64,000 bases of DNA from Mytilus californianus (GCF_021869535.1 NW_026262701.1:101060001-101124000); one strand, 5' to 3'. Shown: positions 51,850-63,962, counted from the stretch's first letter. A program made the numbers and translations. Notes: generated by a model from the letters alone, not told the origin.

Positions 51850-53330
51850 TCAACCTATACTTACATAGCTGTGATTTGACTGAGGAAGTAATAACATGTT
51901 TGATTCATACTTGATTTGATTGAGGAAGTAATAATATGTTTGATTCATACTTGATTAGATTGAGGAAGTAATAAAATGTTTGATTCATACTTGATTTGAT
52001 TGAGGAAGTAATAATATGTTTGATTCATACTTGATTAGATTGAGGAAGTAATAAAATGTTTGATTCATACTTGATTTGATTGAGGAAGTAATAATATGTT
52101 TGATTCATACTTGATTAGATTGAGGAAGTAATAAAATGTTTGATTCATACTTGATTTGATTGAGGAAGTAATAATATGTTTGATTCATACTTGATTAGAT
52201 TGAGGAAGTAATAAAATGTTTGATTCATACTTGATTTGATTGAGGAAGTAATAATATGTTTGATTCATACTTGATTTGATTGAGGAAGTAATTAAAGAAC
52301 CTTTGTGAGCACACTCACGTACCCCAAACCCCACATTGTCACTTGGGAAACAAAATCTCATCAGATGTCTTAGTTCAAAGACTCATAACTCCTCAAAAAA
52401 AAAATTCAACTGATAACAATTTCCTGTTGATATGCACATCTACATATTATGTCCTCATTAACTACAAAGTTTCATGAAATTCTATTGTGTGGTTTAAGAG
52501 GAGTTGCGATGACAAAGTGTTGCAGTAGTATATTTCCGGCAAAATTCTAAGTTCAAAGGGCATAACTCCTAGAAAACAAGAATGTGTCCATAGAACATGG
52601 ATGCCCAACTCGCACTATCATTTTCTATGTTCAGTGGACCGTGAAATTGGGGTCAAAACTCTAATTTGGCATTAAAATGAGAAAGATCATATCATAGGGA
52701 ACATTTGTACTAAGTTTCAAGTTGATTGGAGTTAACTTCATCAAAAACTACCATCACCAAAAAACTTTAACCTGAAACAGGACAGACAGACTTACTGACG
52801 GTCGGATGGACAGACAAATGAATGGACCCACAGACCGAAAAACATAATGCCCATAAATGGGGCATAAAAAATTGAATCATAATTTCCTGTTGATATGCAC
52901 ATGTACATAGTATATATGCACATGTACATAGTATGCCCTTATTATCTACAAATATTCATGAAATTCTATTGTGTGGTTTCAGAGGAGTTCAGATGACAAG
53001 AACAGGACTGATGGACTGACGGACAGATAGAGGGTCGGACGGGTCAAAAACATTATACCCCACGCAACGAAGTTGCTTGGGGTATGATAACATGTTTGAT
53101 TCATACTTGATTTGATTGAGGAAGTAACATCATGTTTGATTCATACTTGATTTAACTGAGGAAGTAATAACATGTTTGATTCATACTTGATTTGATTGAG
53201 GAAGTAATAACATGTTTGATTCATGCTTGATTTGATTGAGGAAGTAATAACATTTTAGATTCATACAATAAACCTATACTTACATAGCTGTGCTTGATTT
53301 GATTGAGGAAGTAATAACATGTTTGATTCA
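51850..53330 (-). repeat. 40-bp tandem array derived from the NUP93 exon 11 3' end, split by an element insertion
   Basis: Unit GTATGAATCAAACATGTTATTACTTCCTCAATCAAATCAA equals exon codons [13 protein letters not shown]; about 4.5 copies at 53088-53270 and about 10.5 at 51874-52292. Confidence 0.93.
52293..53086 (+). mobile_element. Shorter copy of the 46615 family, containing a nested second element (about 52574-52866)
   Basis: Same 5' GTGAGC.C.CTCAC.TACCCCA and 3' hairpin ATACCCCACGCAAC...GTTGCTTGGGGTAT; the nested element runs AACAAGAATGTGTCC...GGGGCATAAAAA in an A-run with no obvious TSD. Confidence 0.78.
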
Positions 53331-53475
53331 TACAACACTAATGCCACATGAACAGCATGACATAATAACTTGTCTATACGTGAAATAAATTCTATGGCAG
53401 CTTCAAACTGAGCTGTCAATATTAGCACTTGAAAATACAAGAATGGCTGTTGATATCCACTGAAATAATTTTCAC
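53284..53475 (-). CDS. NUP93: NUP93 exon 11, [30 protein letters not shown]...[26 protein letters not shown]
   Basis: cag/GTAAGT bounded, 192 nt; [18 protein letters not shown] and [10 protein letters not shown] motifs. Confidence 0.98.
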
Positions 53476-53894
53476 CTGAAAATAAAAATGCAACATTTAG
53501 ACAATTACTAGAGAAAAGCAGTTAATAAACTTTTGAAAGGATATACATATACAATTTGGTCTTAAATGAAACTAAAGTAATTTTATTTTACCCCATTTCT
53601 TTAAAAATAATAAAAGCTGTATGCAGATGAAACTTATAAGATTAAAACAACAACTGAAATCTCAAAATACTTATTTAATCCTGCTACATTTGATGAACCT
53701 GTTCCAAGCCAGAAGCCAGCAACCTTGTCAGTCTTTAGTTATATCTTAATACTTTTTTTCCTGTAGGAATTTTTATGCTGATTGCAGATCTTTTGTAGTT
53801 TTTGTTACATATTTTCACAACTGGGTCAATGTTCGCAATTGTTTCTCCATAGGTGGTAATGGTAATGTTTTCTTCTGTTTCTAAGTCCATATTT

Positions 53895-55115
53895 TAAAAA
53901 AGCTTTTGATTTGGTAGATCATGATATTCTTTGCTTAAAGCTTGAAATTTATGGATTTAGTGAGGCTTCTGTTAGTTTTTTCAAGTCATACCTGAATAAC
54001 AGAAAACAGCAGGTAAACATTTGTAATGTTTACTCTAAACAACAACATGTAAAATTTGGTGTACCCCAAGGTTCTATACTTGGTCCTCTATTGTTTGTGC
54101 TTTTTATAAACGACCTTCCCTTATGCATTGAAAATTGTGAAACAGACCTATATGCTGATGACACCACTCTTCATAAATCAGGGAAAAACATAGAAAATAT
54201 ACATGATGATGTTCAAGAAGATTTATACAGGGTTGAAGAGTGGTGCAAAATGAATAACATGTTCATTAATGCAAACAAAACAAAATGTTTGGTTACTGGA
54301 ACAAAGCAGAAACTATCAATTCAGACTTATCAACCAAACTTGATAATAAATTCAAAAGTATTACAAAATTCTTCATGTGAAAAATTATTAGGTGTTAAAA
54401 TTGACAGCACACTTAGCTGGAGAAATCAAATTGACCAAGTTTGTGCTAATATATCATCCAGAATATACCTTCTTTCTAAAATAAAGAAATTTTTAGATAT
54501 AAATGCAAGGAAAACATATTATAATGGGTATATTCTGCCCCTGATTGACTACTGCTGTATTATTTGGGGTGAATGTAAAAATGAAGGGATAACAAGAATT
54601 TTAAAGCTCCAAAAAAGGGCAGCAAGATTAATTCTAGATGCAGATCCTTTATCCCCCTCAGCCCCCTTATTTAAAGAACTTGGGTGGATGACAGTTGACA
54701 ATAGAATCAAATACCACAAATATTTACTTCTATATAAATGTATGCGTATGGAAGCTCCAATGTACCTAGTTCAAAAGTTTAAACTGAAATCAGATAATAA
54801 TCCTTACTCCTTGAGAGGTGTCACTCAAGGTAATATGATAGTTCCTAAGCCAAAAGCTGAGCTATTTAAGAAATCTTTTGTTTATTCTGGATCAGTGTTT
54901 TGGAATGGACTACCACACAAAATGCGTAAAGCTCAAAACACTTATCATGTTAGTAATATTACATTGAACTAATTGACTGTAAATTAACTATGTGTAAATA
55001 TCTGTTTTTGATTGTATTGTAATTTATATGTGAGGGCCTCAGGGAAGATTAGTTTATTGTAACTAACTGAGTTTACCCTCTTTAAATAAAGAATTTATTA
55101 TTATTATTATTATTA
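53895..55115 (+). mobile_element. 5'-truncated non-LTR retrotransposon (CR1/L2-group LINE), RT C-terminal part plus 3' tail
   Basis: ORF 53911-54972 with (K)AFDLVDHD, GVPQGSILGPLLF, YADD, KLLGV, RIY.L, DYC..IWG, LQKRAARLI; then AATAAA and (ATT)n tail at about 55085-55115. Confidence 0.95.
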
Positions 55116-55795
55116 TATCGTTAACTTGGATATGTATGATGGCTCGTTTTGAAGCTGAGACATTTTCACATATGTGGTTAAATTTTCGGGGTACGAAGTG
55201 AGATTACTTTTTCTGTAAATTAGCAAACCCCGAAAATCCTTTCGTGATGCGGCTCCTCGTGGTAAAAAATCCTTTTTTTAACACAATAAGTTCTTTGAAA
55301 ATTTAATACTTTGAACACATTTAATAGCTCCATAGTTTTTACACATTTATTCTATGTTCCCCTACTTTCTAAATCAACACAAATGGTTAACCTCAGTCAC
55401 TTGTTTATCATAGAAACGTGTCAAATATCACTACACAGAGATTTTTTGTTTACACACAACTTTTGAGTCCCTCATTTTGAGGCTCTTTAGGGTTATTGAC
55501 CCAACTATGGATGCTTTTGACATACTGTATGGTCAGTTCTGTATTATTGAAGATCATACTGTATACCAACTTATTCTTGTGAGCGATTTATTTTCACAAC
55601 TTTCTAGATAAAAAAAACAACATGGATTGAAAATGTAAACTTGAATAATCTCTTATATAAATTCATCAAGAAAATTTGAAAATCGCAAAATTAAATCACC
55701 ATGAAGTTGGCTAGAAAGGCTTAACATGAAATATAGTATCTGGTAAAATAAGTTGTTATACAGTACGTTGACCTCTAGATATTTTGGTATCATTG

Positions 55796-57302
55796 CAGTG
55801 TTCTCCCCAGGCCCTTAAAGGACCGCGGGCCCGCGATGTATAATTTTTTACCGTGGTGGTATCGTTCTTACCGCGATGTATAATTTTTCTCCGTGGTGCT
55901 AAAATTTTCAGTTAAAAAATCGTAAACGACTTGTTAAATCTTTTCCGTGCGGTATAAAATTCCAGGTGAAATTTGACCAGTTCAAACCAGTTCAACACAG
56001 ATTGTTTACACCACGTGATGGATTTACCTTATGAGGTTAACCTTGTTGATTGGATTTAATCAATGTGATTAACACTTGTAACATGATTCTTTTGTGTTTT
56101 AATTAAGAGTTCATAACTTTATGATCACAGATAGGTATTTTCATGATTTTATGGCTTCACACTCCACCCAAACAGTGTCTTGACCCGATAGGTACATTTT
56201 TTGTACATCATAATAGTGGCTTATTACGTATAATGGACAGCTAAACATTTCCCAATTCTTATATAATAGTATTATATGTCTCTGATTAAACCATGGCCAA
56301 TATTATCTTTAATTATGACATAGTTATTGCATGATAGTCGGGTTTCAAACTGTAGTATCTGTCTGTACATATCACATGACCCAGTTAGTTCACGTAGAAT
56401 ATTCAAGTTTATTTACAATTAATTGCAATCTATTATATTTTATAAATAAAATGCATGACTGTACCTTCAAACTGGATATCTATATCCATAATTAATGAAT
56501 AACAGAAGTAATCTTGCAAATTTTATCCATAAGCACATGTTAAATCTATTTATATCTACTTCCTGTCATTTAAGCGGGAAAATAGGGAGACTTAGTTGTT
56601 GACATTGAATATGGTTACTTATGGATCTATAGACCAAAGATAAATTTATAGTTTTAGGAATTCTTTTTGAATGGTTCATGACAAATTAAGATTTTGATTT
56701 TAGGGCAGTATTAAGTCTGTATCTATGTTTGATTATCACCAAAGACAAGAAAGGTTAATATTTACATGAAATCTATGGCAAAATGTTCTAAAATTTATGA
56801 AAAATTTCTTTTTATTAAAATCTAAGATAGAAACTGGTTCAAATAATAAAACAATATTTGCAATTGTTCTTGTTAATTTTATATCTTCTTATGACAGGAA
56901 TCCTTTCACATACAACAACTTTTTTTCTAGAAACTAGAAAGTTTTTTAAATTGAACATTTTTGTTCTCTTTTGAATGATATTTTATTTTTATTGATTTTG
57001 GATTTTATAAAAGATTTAATTACTTTAAATTCAGATGAATATTTTATTATGAATCATAATTTATTTATTTTAAAAAATATTAAAGTATACAAACTGTTTT
57101 TTGATTTACTTCTTTTTTACAAATAATTTTCTGAATCAATGTCTACATAACACAGTACCAAAGTGTTAAAACAAAACAAGAGACATAAAAACTACAGTAA
57201 CTAGAGCTAAGCGACGCGACACAACTAATTGCATGAAATATTTCACCAAGAAGTCCACACGCGTTACCCTGGTGCTATCCAAAAACCCTGGGGAGAACAC
57301 TG
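55796..57302. mobile_element. Non-autonomous TIR element with 5-bp TSD (hAT-like CAG ends)
   Basis: Perfect 15-bp TIR CAGTGTTCTCCCCAG; CATTG directly flanks both ends; subterminal direct repeat CCGCGATGTATAATTTTT x2; no ORF. Confidence 0.85.
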
Positions 57303-57610
57303 CATTGGGTTGTTGTCTCATTGATGTATACTCCACATCTCCTTTTATTCATATATTATAAAAATGATAAAATTCATTAATTTGTGTTTAGAATTAAACT
57401 ATAATTTACATGTTCCAGAATTAAATGCATCAGGGGCATGGGAGGCACTAACCATCCATGAAATAAAAATTTTCATTTTACTTGTAATTCTAACAAAATT
57501 CTGAGAATGCACCCACCCATATTTAATCAATTTTAGTGCCTCCCATCCCCTCCATCTAATAAATTCTAGAACAGCCCTCACATGAGTCATGGTAAAAATA
57601 GATAACATAC

Positions 57611-57789
57611 CAAATTCTTCATACAATAAACATTGTAATTTTTTTAATGTAAAATTTTCTTGATTATGTTGGTCGTCATTATCTGTTTGTACTTGTCGTA
57701 GTTTTAACCATAAATAATCATCTATTTTATCGGCAATTTCTGGATGATTCTCATCTGGATCACAGTGACCTATTACACAATAGACAGCT
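57611..57789 (-). CDS. NUP93: NUP93 exon 10, AVYCVIGHCDPDENHPEIADKIDDYLWLKLRQV...LLYEEFG
   Basis: Core of track ORF 57399-57839; cag/GTATG bounded, 179 nt; RAVYC.IG.CD...DYLWLKL is diagnostic of Nup93/Nic96. Confidence 0.98.
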
Positions 57790-57961
57790 CTGGAAAGAAA
57801 ATTAACTACAGTAAAGAATAAATAACACAAAATTTTCAACTTGAACGTAAAATGCCTCTTTATATACTTTTATTCCAAATCATATATTTTTACAACTGTG
57901 TTTTTTTCTGAAAGCAGAATATCTGAAATAACAACATATAAGTCTATGTCAAGTTTAATTA

Positions 57962-59431
57962 AAACAAGAGTGTGAAATGTCTCGCCTACTATACCGACCA
58001 TTGATTTTATGTTAATAGTCCTACATATAAAGTTTTACTACAAGTATCACATTAACATTTACGATCTTAGAAAATGAGGTCAAGGTCAGATAAACCAAGG
58101 CGGAAATACATGTACACCTTTAATACAATCATTCCATACACAGAATATAGATGACCTATTGCTTATAGTATAAAAGAGACAGACCAAAGCAAGGAAATTC
58201 TATATTGACCAATCAACCATGAAAATGAAGTCAAGGTCAGATGAACCCTGCCAGACAGACATGTACTCCTTAAAATCATTCCATGCATCAAATATAGATG
58301 ACCTATTGCTTATAGTTTCTAAGAAACAAAGTTAACAAGGAAAACTGAACATTGACCAATGAACCATGAAAGTGAGGTGAAGGTCAGATGATACCTGCCA
58401 GACAGACATATACACCTTACAATTATTCCATACACCAAATATAGTTGAGCTATTGCTTAAAGTTTAAGAAAAACAGACCAAAACACAAAAACTTAACATA
58501 AGCAATGAACCATGAAAATGAGGTCAAGGTCAAATAAAACCTGCCAGACTGACATGTACATCGTAAAATATTTCCATACGCCATATATAGTTGACCTACT
58601 GCATACAGTATTAGAAAAACAGACCAAAGCACAAAAATTTAACATTTAGCAATGAACTGTGAAAATGAGGTCAAGGTCAAATAAAACCTGCCAGACTGAC
58701 ATGTACATCATAAAATATTTCCATACACCAAATATAGTTGACCTACTGCATACAGTTTTAGAAAAACAGACCAAAACACAAAAACTAAACTATTACCACT
58801 GAACCATGAAAATGAGGTCAAGGTCAGATGACACCTGCCAGTTGGACATGTACACCTTATATAGTAGACCTATTGCTTATAGTATCTGATACATGGACTT
58901 GACCACAAAAAACTTAACCTTGCTCACTGATCCATGAAATGAGGTCGAGGTCAGATGAAAACTGTCTGACAGGCATGAGGACCTTGGAAGGTATGTACAC
59001 CAATTATAGTAGACCTATTGCTTATAGTATCTGAGATATGGACTTGACCACAAAAACTTGTTCACTGATCCATGAAATGAGGTTGAGGTCAAGTGAAAAC
59101 TGTCTGACAGGCATGAGGACCTTGCAATGTACGCACATACCAAATATAGTTATCCTATTACTCATAATAAGAGAGAAATCAACATTACAAAAAATCTCAA
59201 CCTTTTTTTTCAAGTAGTCACTGAACCATGAAAATGAGGTCAAGGACAATGGATATATGACAGATGGAAACTGCATATCAAAAGGCATCTATATACAAAG
59301 TATGAAGCATCCAGGTCTTCTACCTTCTGAAATATGAAGCTTTTAAGAAGTTAGTTAATGCCGCCGCCATCGCCCCGGATCACTTTCCTTATGTCAAGCT
59401 TTCTGCGACAAAAGTCGCAGGCTCAACAAAA
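57962..59431 (+). mobile_element. Helentron-like element with an AAAATGAGGTCAAGGTCA tandem array
   Basis: 5' AACAAGAG...TGTCTCGCCTACT, about 9 diverged units, GCC microsatellite, 3' hairpin TGCGACAAAAGTCGCA. Confidence 0.7.
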
Positions 59432-59447
59432 TAAAACATATACTCAC

Positions 59448-59525
59448 CTTTTAAAAGGATCTGTACCATTTTTTACAATTCTTCTGTACTGTAACTGTAT
59501 TTTTGTTTCACTACCTGAACTTAAT
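59448..59525 (-). CDS. NUP93: NUP93 exon 9, LSSGSETKIQLQYRRIVKNGTDPFKR
   Basis: cag/GTGAGT bounded, 78 nt; TDP(F/Y)KR motif. Confidence 0.96.
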
Positions 59526-60030
59526 CTGAAAGAAATTTAAGAACAATGTATAGGTAAAACCCGTTATTTAAAAAGAAAGGTTTCAATTAATTTACCATCT
59601 TTCATACCAGAAAGATTTTTTTTAATTCAAAAATATTACACACGTGGTTTACAATACTCCACTGGCACACCTAACCAGTGATTGGCTATAAATAACAGTA
59701 TTTTCTGTCTTACAAGGTTTCCAAAATGACTAAGTTCCTAAGTTTGGAAAAATAAGGAAAAATTGCTCAAAACGATTCTAAAATAAAAGTGCAAAACTTC
59801 AACATGCGTGCAATCTTTCTATGAAGTTTCAAGAATCTGGGTTGAAAACTGTAGTAGAAGGAATCAATTACTGAAATTATGAACCCACTTTTCCCTGCCA
59901 GCCCATCTACCACCCTATTTCATCATATACTATAAGCTGGTTTAAGACTTTGTCCAACCCTTACCAAGTATCAATTTGAAGGTGACATCATGGAGAACTA
60001 ATTCCCATATATTTTTAATGCATATTTTAC

Positions 60031-60090
60031 CTGTGATCCTCACTGGAAACATACTCATGCATGAAAGACTTAAAATCTCCAAGATTATGC
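60031..60090 (-). CDS. NUP93: NUP93 exon 8, HNLGDFKSFMHEYVSSEDHR
   Basis: cag/GTAAAA bounded, 60 nt, phase 2-2. Confidence 0.93.
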
Positions 60091-60395
60091 CTGAAAATAG
60101 ATTCAATTATACATGTAATAATGACAAAACAAATTTGTTATGTATTTTTGTTGATGTAAACAGTAAAGAATTATGTTAACATTTTCAGAATAATGACAGC
60201 TCTTCTAATTCAATGCTAAACATTGCTTCTGTTAACATGCAATGGTTTGATAATAATTTGTTGATTTTCCTAAGGATATACAACAACAAATAATAAAATA
60301 TACGGGTAAGAGACATATAGACCTTATGTTGCAAAGGAGCATCTCAATTCTAACTATTTATATACATGTACTCGTTAAAACTTTAAAATACCTAC

Positions 60396-60493
60396 CCACA
60401 TTTATCAACCACTTGTTGTGCTGCCTGCAAATCTCCACAACGTAAACAGTAATAAACCATAGCCCATGTAGGATGCCCATCTACTAAACCATC
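60396..60493 (-). CDS. NUP93: NUP93 exon 7, [33 protein letters not shown]
   Basis: aag/GTAGGT bounded, 98 nt; GHP.WA..YYC.RCGD motif. Confidence 0.97.
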
Positions 60494-60544
60494 CTTAAAT
60501 ACACAATGAAACAATGTTGTACATAAATGTGAATAATGTTGTAT

Positions 60545-61011
60545 GAACCAAGTATTCTATCCTTTTAGCTATCTTACCTCTAAATTGAGTATATTTGAAA
60601 GCCTGACATTCAGAAAACTTCTGAAAATGCAATATGTATCAAGTATTTTAACCTTTTAGGTATTTTACCTCTTACTGGGATATAATTGGATAGCTGACAT
60701 TAGGAAAACTTTAGACAATATTGTATGAACTAAGTATCCTAATCCTTTGGGTACCTTACCTCTAAATTGGGTATATTTGGAGGTCTGACATTAGGAAAAC
60801 TTCTGACAGTGTTATAAGTACCAAGTATTCCAATCTTTTGGGTACCTTACCTCTAAATTGGGTATATTTGGAGGTCTGACATTAAGAAAACTTCTGACAG
60901 TGTTATAAGTACCAAGTATTCCAATCTTTTGGGTACCTTACCTCTAAATTGGGTATATTTGGAGGTCTGACATTAAGAAAACTTCTGACGATGTTATAAG
61001 TACCAGGTATT
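60545..61011 (-). repeat. 91-bp tandem array of the NUP93 exon 6 3' half plus donor
   Basis: Donor-like sites at 60941 (true), 60850, 60759, 60668 and 60577, exactly 91 nt apart. Confidence 0.95.
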
Positions 61012-61071
61012 CCACCCCTCTGAGCTTGTTGTAGATTGCTGCTAATTGTTATATCAATGTATTTAGCATAT
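60942..61071 (-). CDS. NUP93: NUP93 exon 6, YAKYIDITISSNLQQAQRGGIPGTYNIVRSFLNVRPPNIPNLE
   Basis: cag/GTAAGG bounded, 130 nt; matches [22 protein letters not shown]; overlaps track ORF 60903-61112. Confidence 0.97.
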
Positions 61072-61574
61072 CTGCAAGAAAGAAATGTTAAATAAATATC
61101 TAATAGATACAATCTTCATAAAATATACTTAAGTAGGTATAAAACATTACATGTATTACAGTCAAAAGGTAGATTTGAAAAAAAGGAATACAGAAATATT
61201 AACTGATCACATTAAATAACAGAGGACAGCAGTCAACAGATAATGTCATTTTTACATTTACCTAAAAGAGAAAATCCGAAATATGAGTTCCAAATTCATC
61301 TCCAGCCTCCTAAGCTCTAAATAAAAGTAATAATATGTTTATAACAAATTCTTATATGTTCAATCAATTCAAGAATGTATATCTCAGAAGCCAATTTTAT
61401 TTTTGTATGGATATTTTGTATGTGTTTTGGTATTTTTTGTTATTTTCTTTGTAAAAGATGTTACATTCAATTTTATCCACTTCAAGATGTCTGACCAGAT
61501 TTATTTTGCTTCATACACTAAATCTTCATACGGTTTACAAGTTTTGTGATATGATCCTTAAATAGAAACATTAC

Positions 61575-61714
61575 GTTTGTTCTAGGTATTCCCTGGCTTT
61601 ATCTACAAAGGCTGACTGTGTTCTGTAGTCTTGTCTTGTGTCTTTGATACTTTTGGCAGAAATAAGAGGAACTTCTACCATACATTTGACCATCTCCCAC
61701 AATTCTGTTACTTG
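61575..61714 (-). CDS. NUP93: NUP93 exon 5, QVTELWEMVKCMVEVP...KAREYLEQT
   Basis: tag/GTAATG bounded, 140 nt, phase 0-2. Confidence 0.95.
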
Positions 61715-62186
61715 CTAAAATTATAATAATATAAATACTATCAATAACCAATATGTCAAGAGAAATTATGCCACTAACAGATAGTGAGTTTTCTCCCATT
61801 CAACAGAAATCTCAACTAAACTAGAAGTACCAATGAGCCTGAATTGTTCACCTGGCATTTTTGTATCAAATTGATACAATGCAAAACGAATATTTTCTGG
61901 CAAAATATTGTTAAAAGTAACCTTTCAAGAGCAATAACTCCTTTAAGGTGTTTTTTTTTACTTATCATTTTTTATATTCAGTTTCCGCAAACAAAACCCC
62001 AGAATGGGATAAAATCATCATTGCATAGATTTATGAACTGCATAAAAAGTAAGTGTTTGATACATCTTAAGTTCAATAGCAAAAATTGAAGATTCTTTTG
62101 ATTAAAATTTCAATAAAGAATATAATTTATTGATAACATTTGAATAAACTTTGGATCCAATTTTTTTGGAGGAGAGAGCATCATAC

Positions 62187-62279
62187 CTTATCATCAATTG
62201 TCCTGGCTACATCTAGGAACATATCTCCAAGATTTGGTCTGATGCTGCCTGCAACAACGTGCTCATTGTAAACATAAAC
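62187..62279 (-). CDS. NUP93: NUP93 exon 4, VYVYNEHVVAGSIRPNLGDMFLDVARTIDDK
   Basis: tag/GTATG bounded, 93 nt, in frame with neighbouring exons. Confidence 0.95.
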
Positions 62280-62617
62280 CTAAAAAAAAATCAGTAATTT
62301 TGTTCCTATACATATTCAATGGATGCTAAAACAAAGTCACTAGTCATAAACATGTACTTCTATTTTTGTAAAAATATGTTTGTCTAATAAAATACTTATT
62401 AGGTAGTTAATCACTTTAAACTTGAAATATCACATTAGAATACCACTTCTGTGACAGTAGTTTGACACTAGCATCAGTTATTTATACAAATGACATCTTG
62501 CTTTCGATTTACTAGAACTTGTTAAACTTTGCAATTTACTCACTGAAGAACGGTGGTTTACTTGATGTATTCTGGTTCCTCAAATGATAAAACCACCAAG
62601 TACAGCAAATCACTTAC

Positions 62618-62692
62618 CTGTCTGGCATATGCCATTTCTATGTTGTCAAGGTTACTGCGACCTTGTATACTGACAGGCTCGGCTAAAAAGCT
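62618..62692 (-). CDS. NUP93: NUP93 exon 3, SFLAEPVSIQGRSNLDNIEMAYARQ
   Basis: cag/GTAAGT bounded, 75 nt; LDNIEMAYARQ is the conserved NUP93 motif. Confidence 0.97.
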
Positions 62693-62990
62693 CTGTAAAA
62701 TAATAAACATGGTTTATTTCTTGTTTTGAAAAAAATATGTTTTTTTTAAATATACATGCTCATGTCAGCATTTTCATAAAATCAACTGTGACTTATTTCT
62801 TTTATAAACCAGGAATATTCTAAACTTATATGAATTATAAATAATATATCAAGCTGGTCTGATCTGTTCAATGAGTTACGTTTCTGACGACATAATTATC
62901 CACTCATAGGTTTTTCCCTATAACATTTGAATAGTATAACTAATATAACTTATATAACTATGATATTAGAACTCTCAATAAGTTAAAAAC

Positions 62991-63119
62991 CTCAGATTCT
63001 GGTTGGAAATCTACTGTATCTTGTCCAAGGCCTCTCAAGGAATTTAAAATCTTTTGTTTCTCTCTTTCCCATTCATTCTCCATACATTCCCAATGTCGTC
63101 GTTCCACTTCATCAAATGT
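62991..63119 (-). CDS. NUP93: NUP93 exon 2, TFDEVERRHWECMENEWEREKQKILNSLRGLGQDTVDFQPESE
   Basis: AG/GT bounded, 129 nt, phase 0-0; matches the NUP93 EWEQVKQRIL...DF.QESE region. Confidence 0.95.
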
Positions 63120-63962
63120 CTTTAAAAAGAGAACAAATTACATGATTTAAATTCACTATTTGCCTCTACATGAGTAATTGTGTATTTCACTTTCAATCAT
63201 AGTTATTACTGCTAATCCTTTTTATTAAAATAATAAACACAATAAAAGTGAATTTATTTTTGAATTTTTCATGTAAAACAAAGATATGGAAGTTGCATCA
63301 CCGAAAATATGCCTGTCAAATCAAGAGCTATTCATTTTTACTTGTGTTGACACCTGACAGTAGAAAATATAGATAAAGTACAAACAATTTACAGTATTAT
63401 TAACTTTTAAGCAAATGCTATTGATAATTCAGATTTTCAAAATAAAACTTTTTATTTAATTAGGTAAATAAAAGAACTTTTCACAAACAAACATACTCCC
63501 AATTACCACACATTATGCATGCATGAAAGTTTCCCCTCTCTTTTTAACAAGACTGGATTAGATGATTAATCTTTATTTGCACATCAATTTCATGCCAGAT
63601 TAAATGATATTCATTCATATTAAAAATACTTTTAACAGTGTGATGTTCAAAAACATTGATTTACTGCCATTTAATAGTCAGAAGAAAATTCATTTGTAAT
63701 TTATAATCAACTTGAAACTTTCCGTTCATTTATTTTCTAAAAAATTGAAAGTAAAATATTATTCTTTAAAAAAAAAACAGGTACGAAATTTCATAGTCCA
63801 TGCAGAAAAACTGATGAAATAGGTTCATTTATGTGAAATTATGTCATGACATCCTGTATGCATTTGGCAGTTTAAAAAAATAATTATCCTGACGTACAAT
63901 TCCTCAACAAATTACCAAAATTGGGTGAAAATAATTCTGGATCCTTGAACACAAGTACTTAC

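Noticed and set aside
53820-53890. Minus-strand MDLETEENITITTYGETIANIDP, vaguely OB-fold-like
   Set aside because: Too short, with no splice or ORF context.
57431-57550. 19-bp inverted repeat GGGGCATGGGAGGCACTAA in the intron after exon 10
   Set aside because: Likely a MITE remnant; no TSD or second copy found to support a call.
57399-57839. 146-aa standalone protein
   Set aside because: Only 57611-57789 is exon; the flanks are intron read-through.
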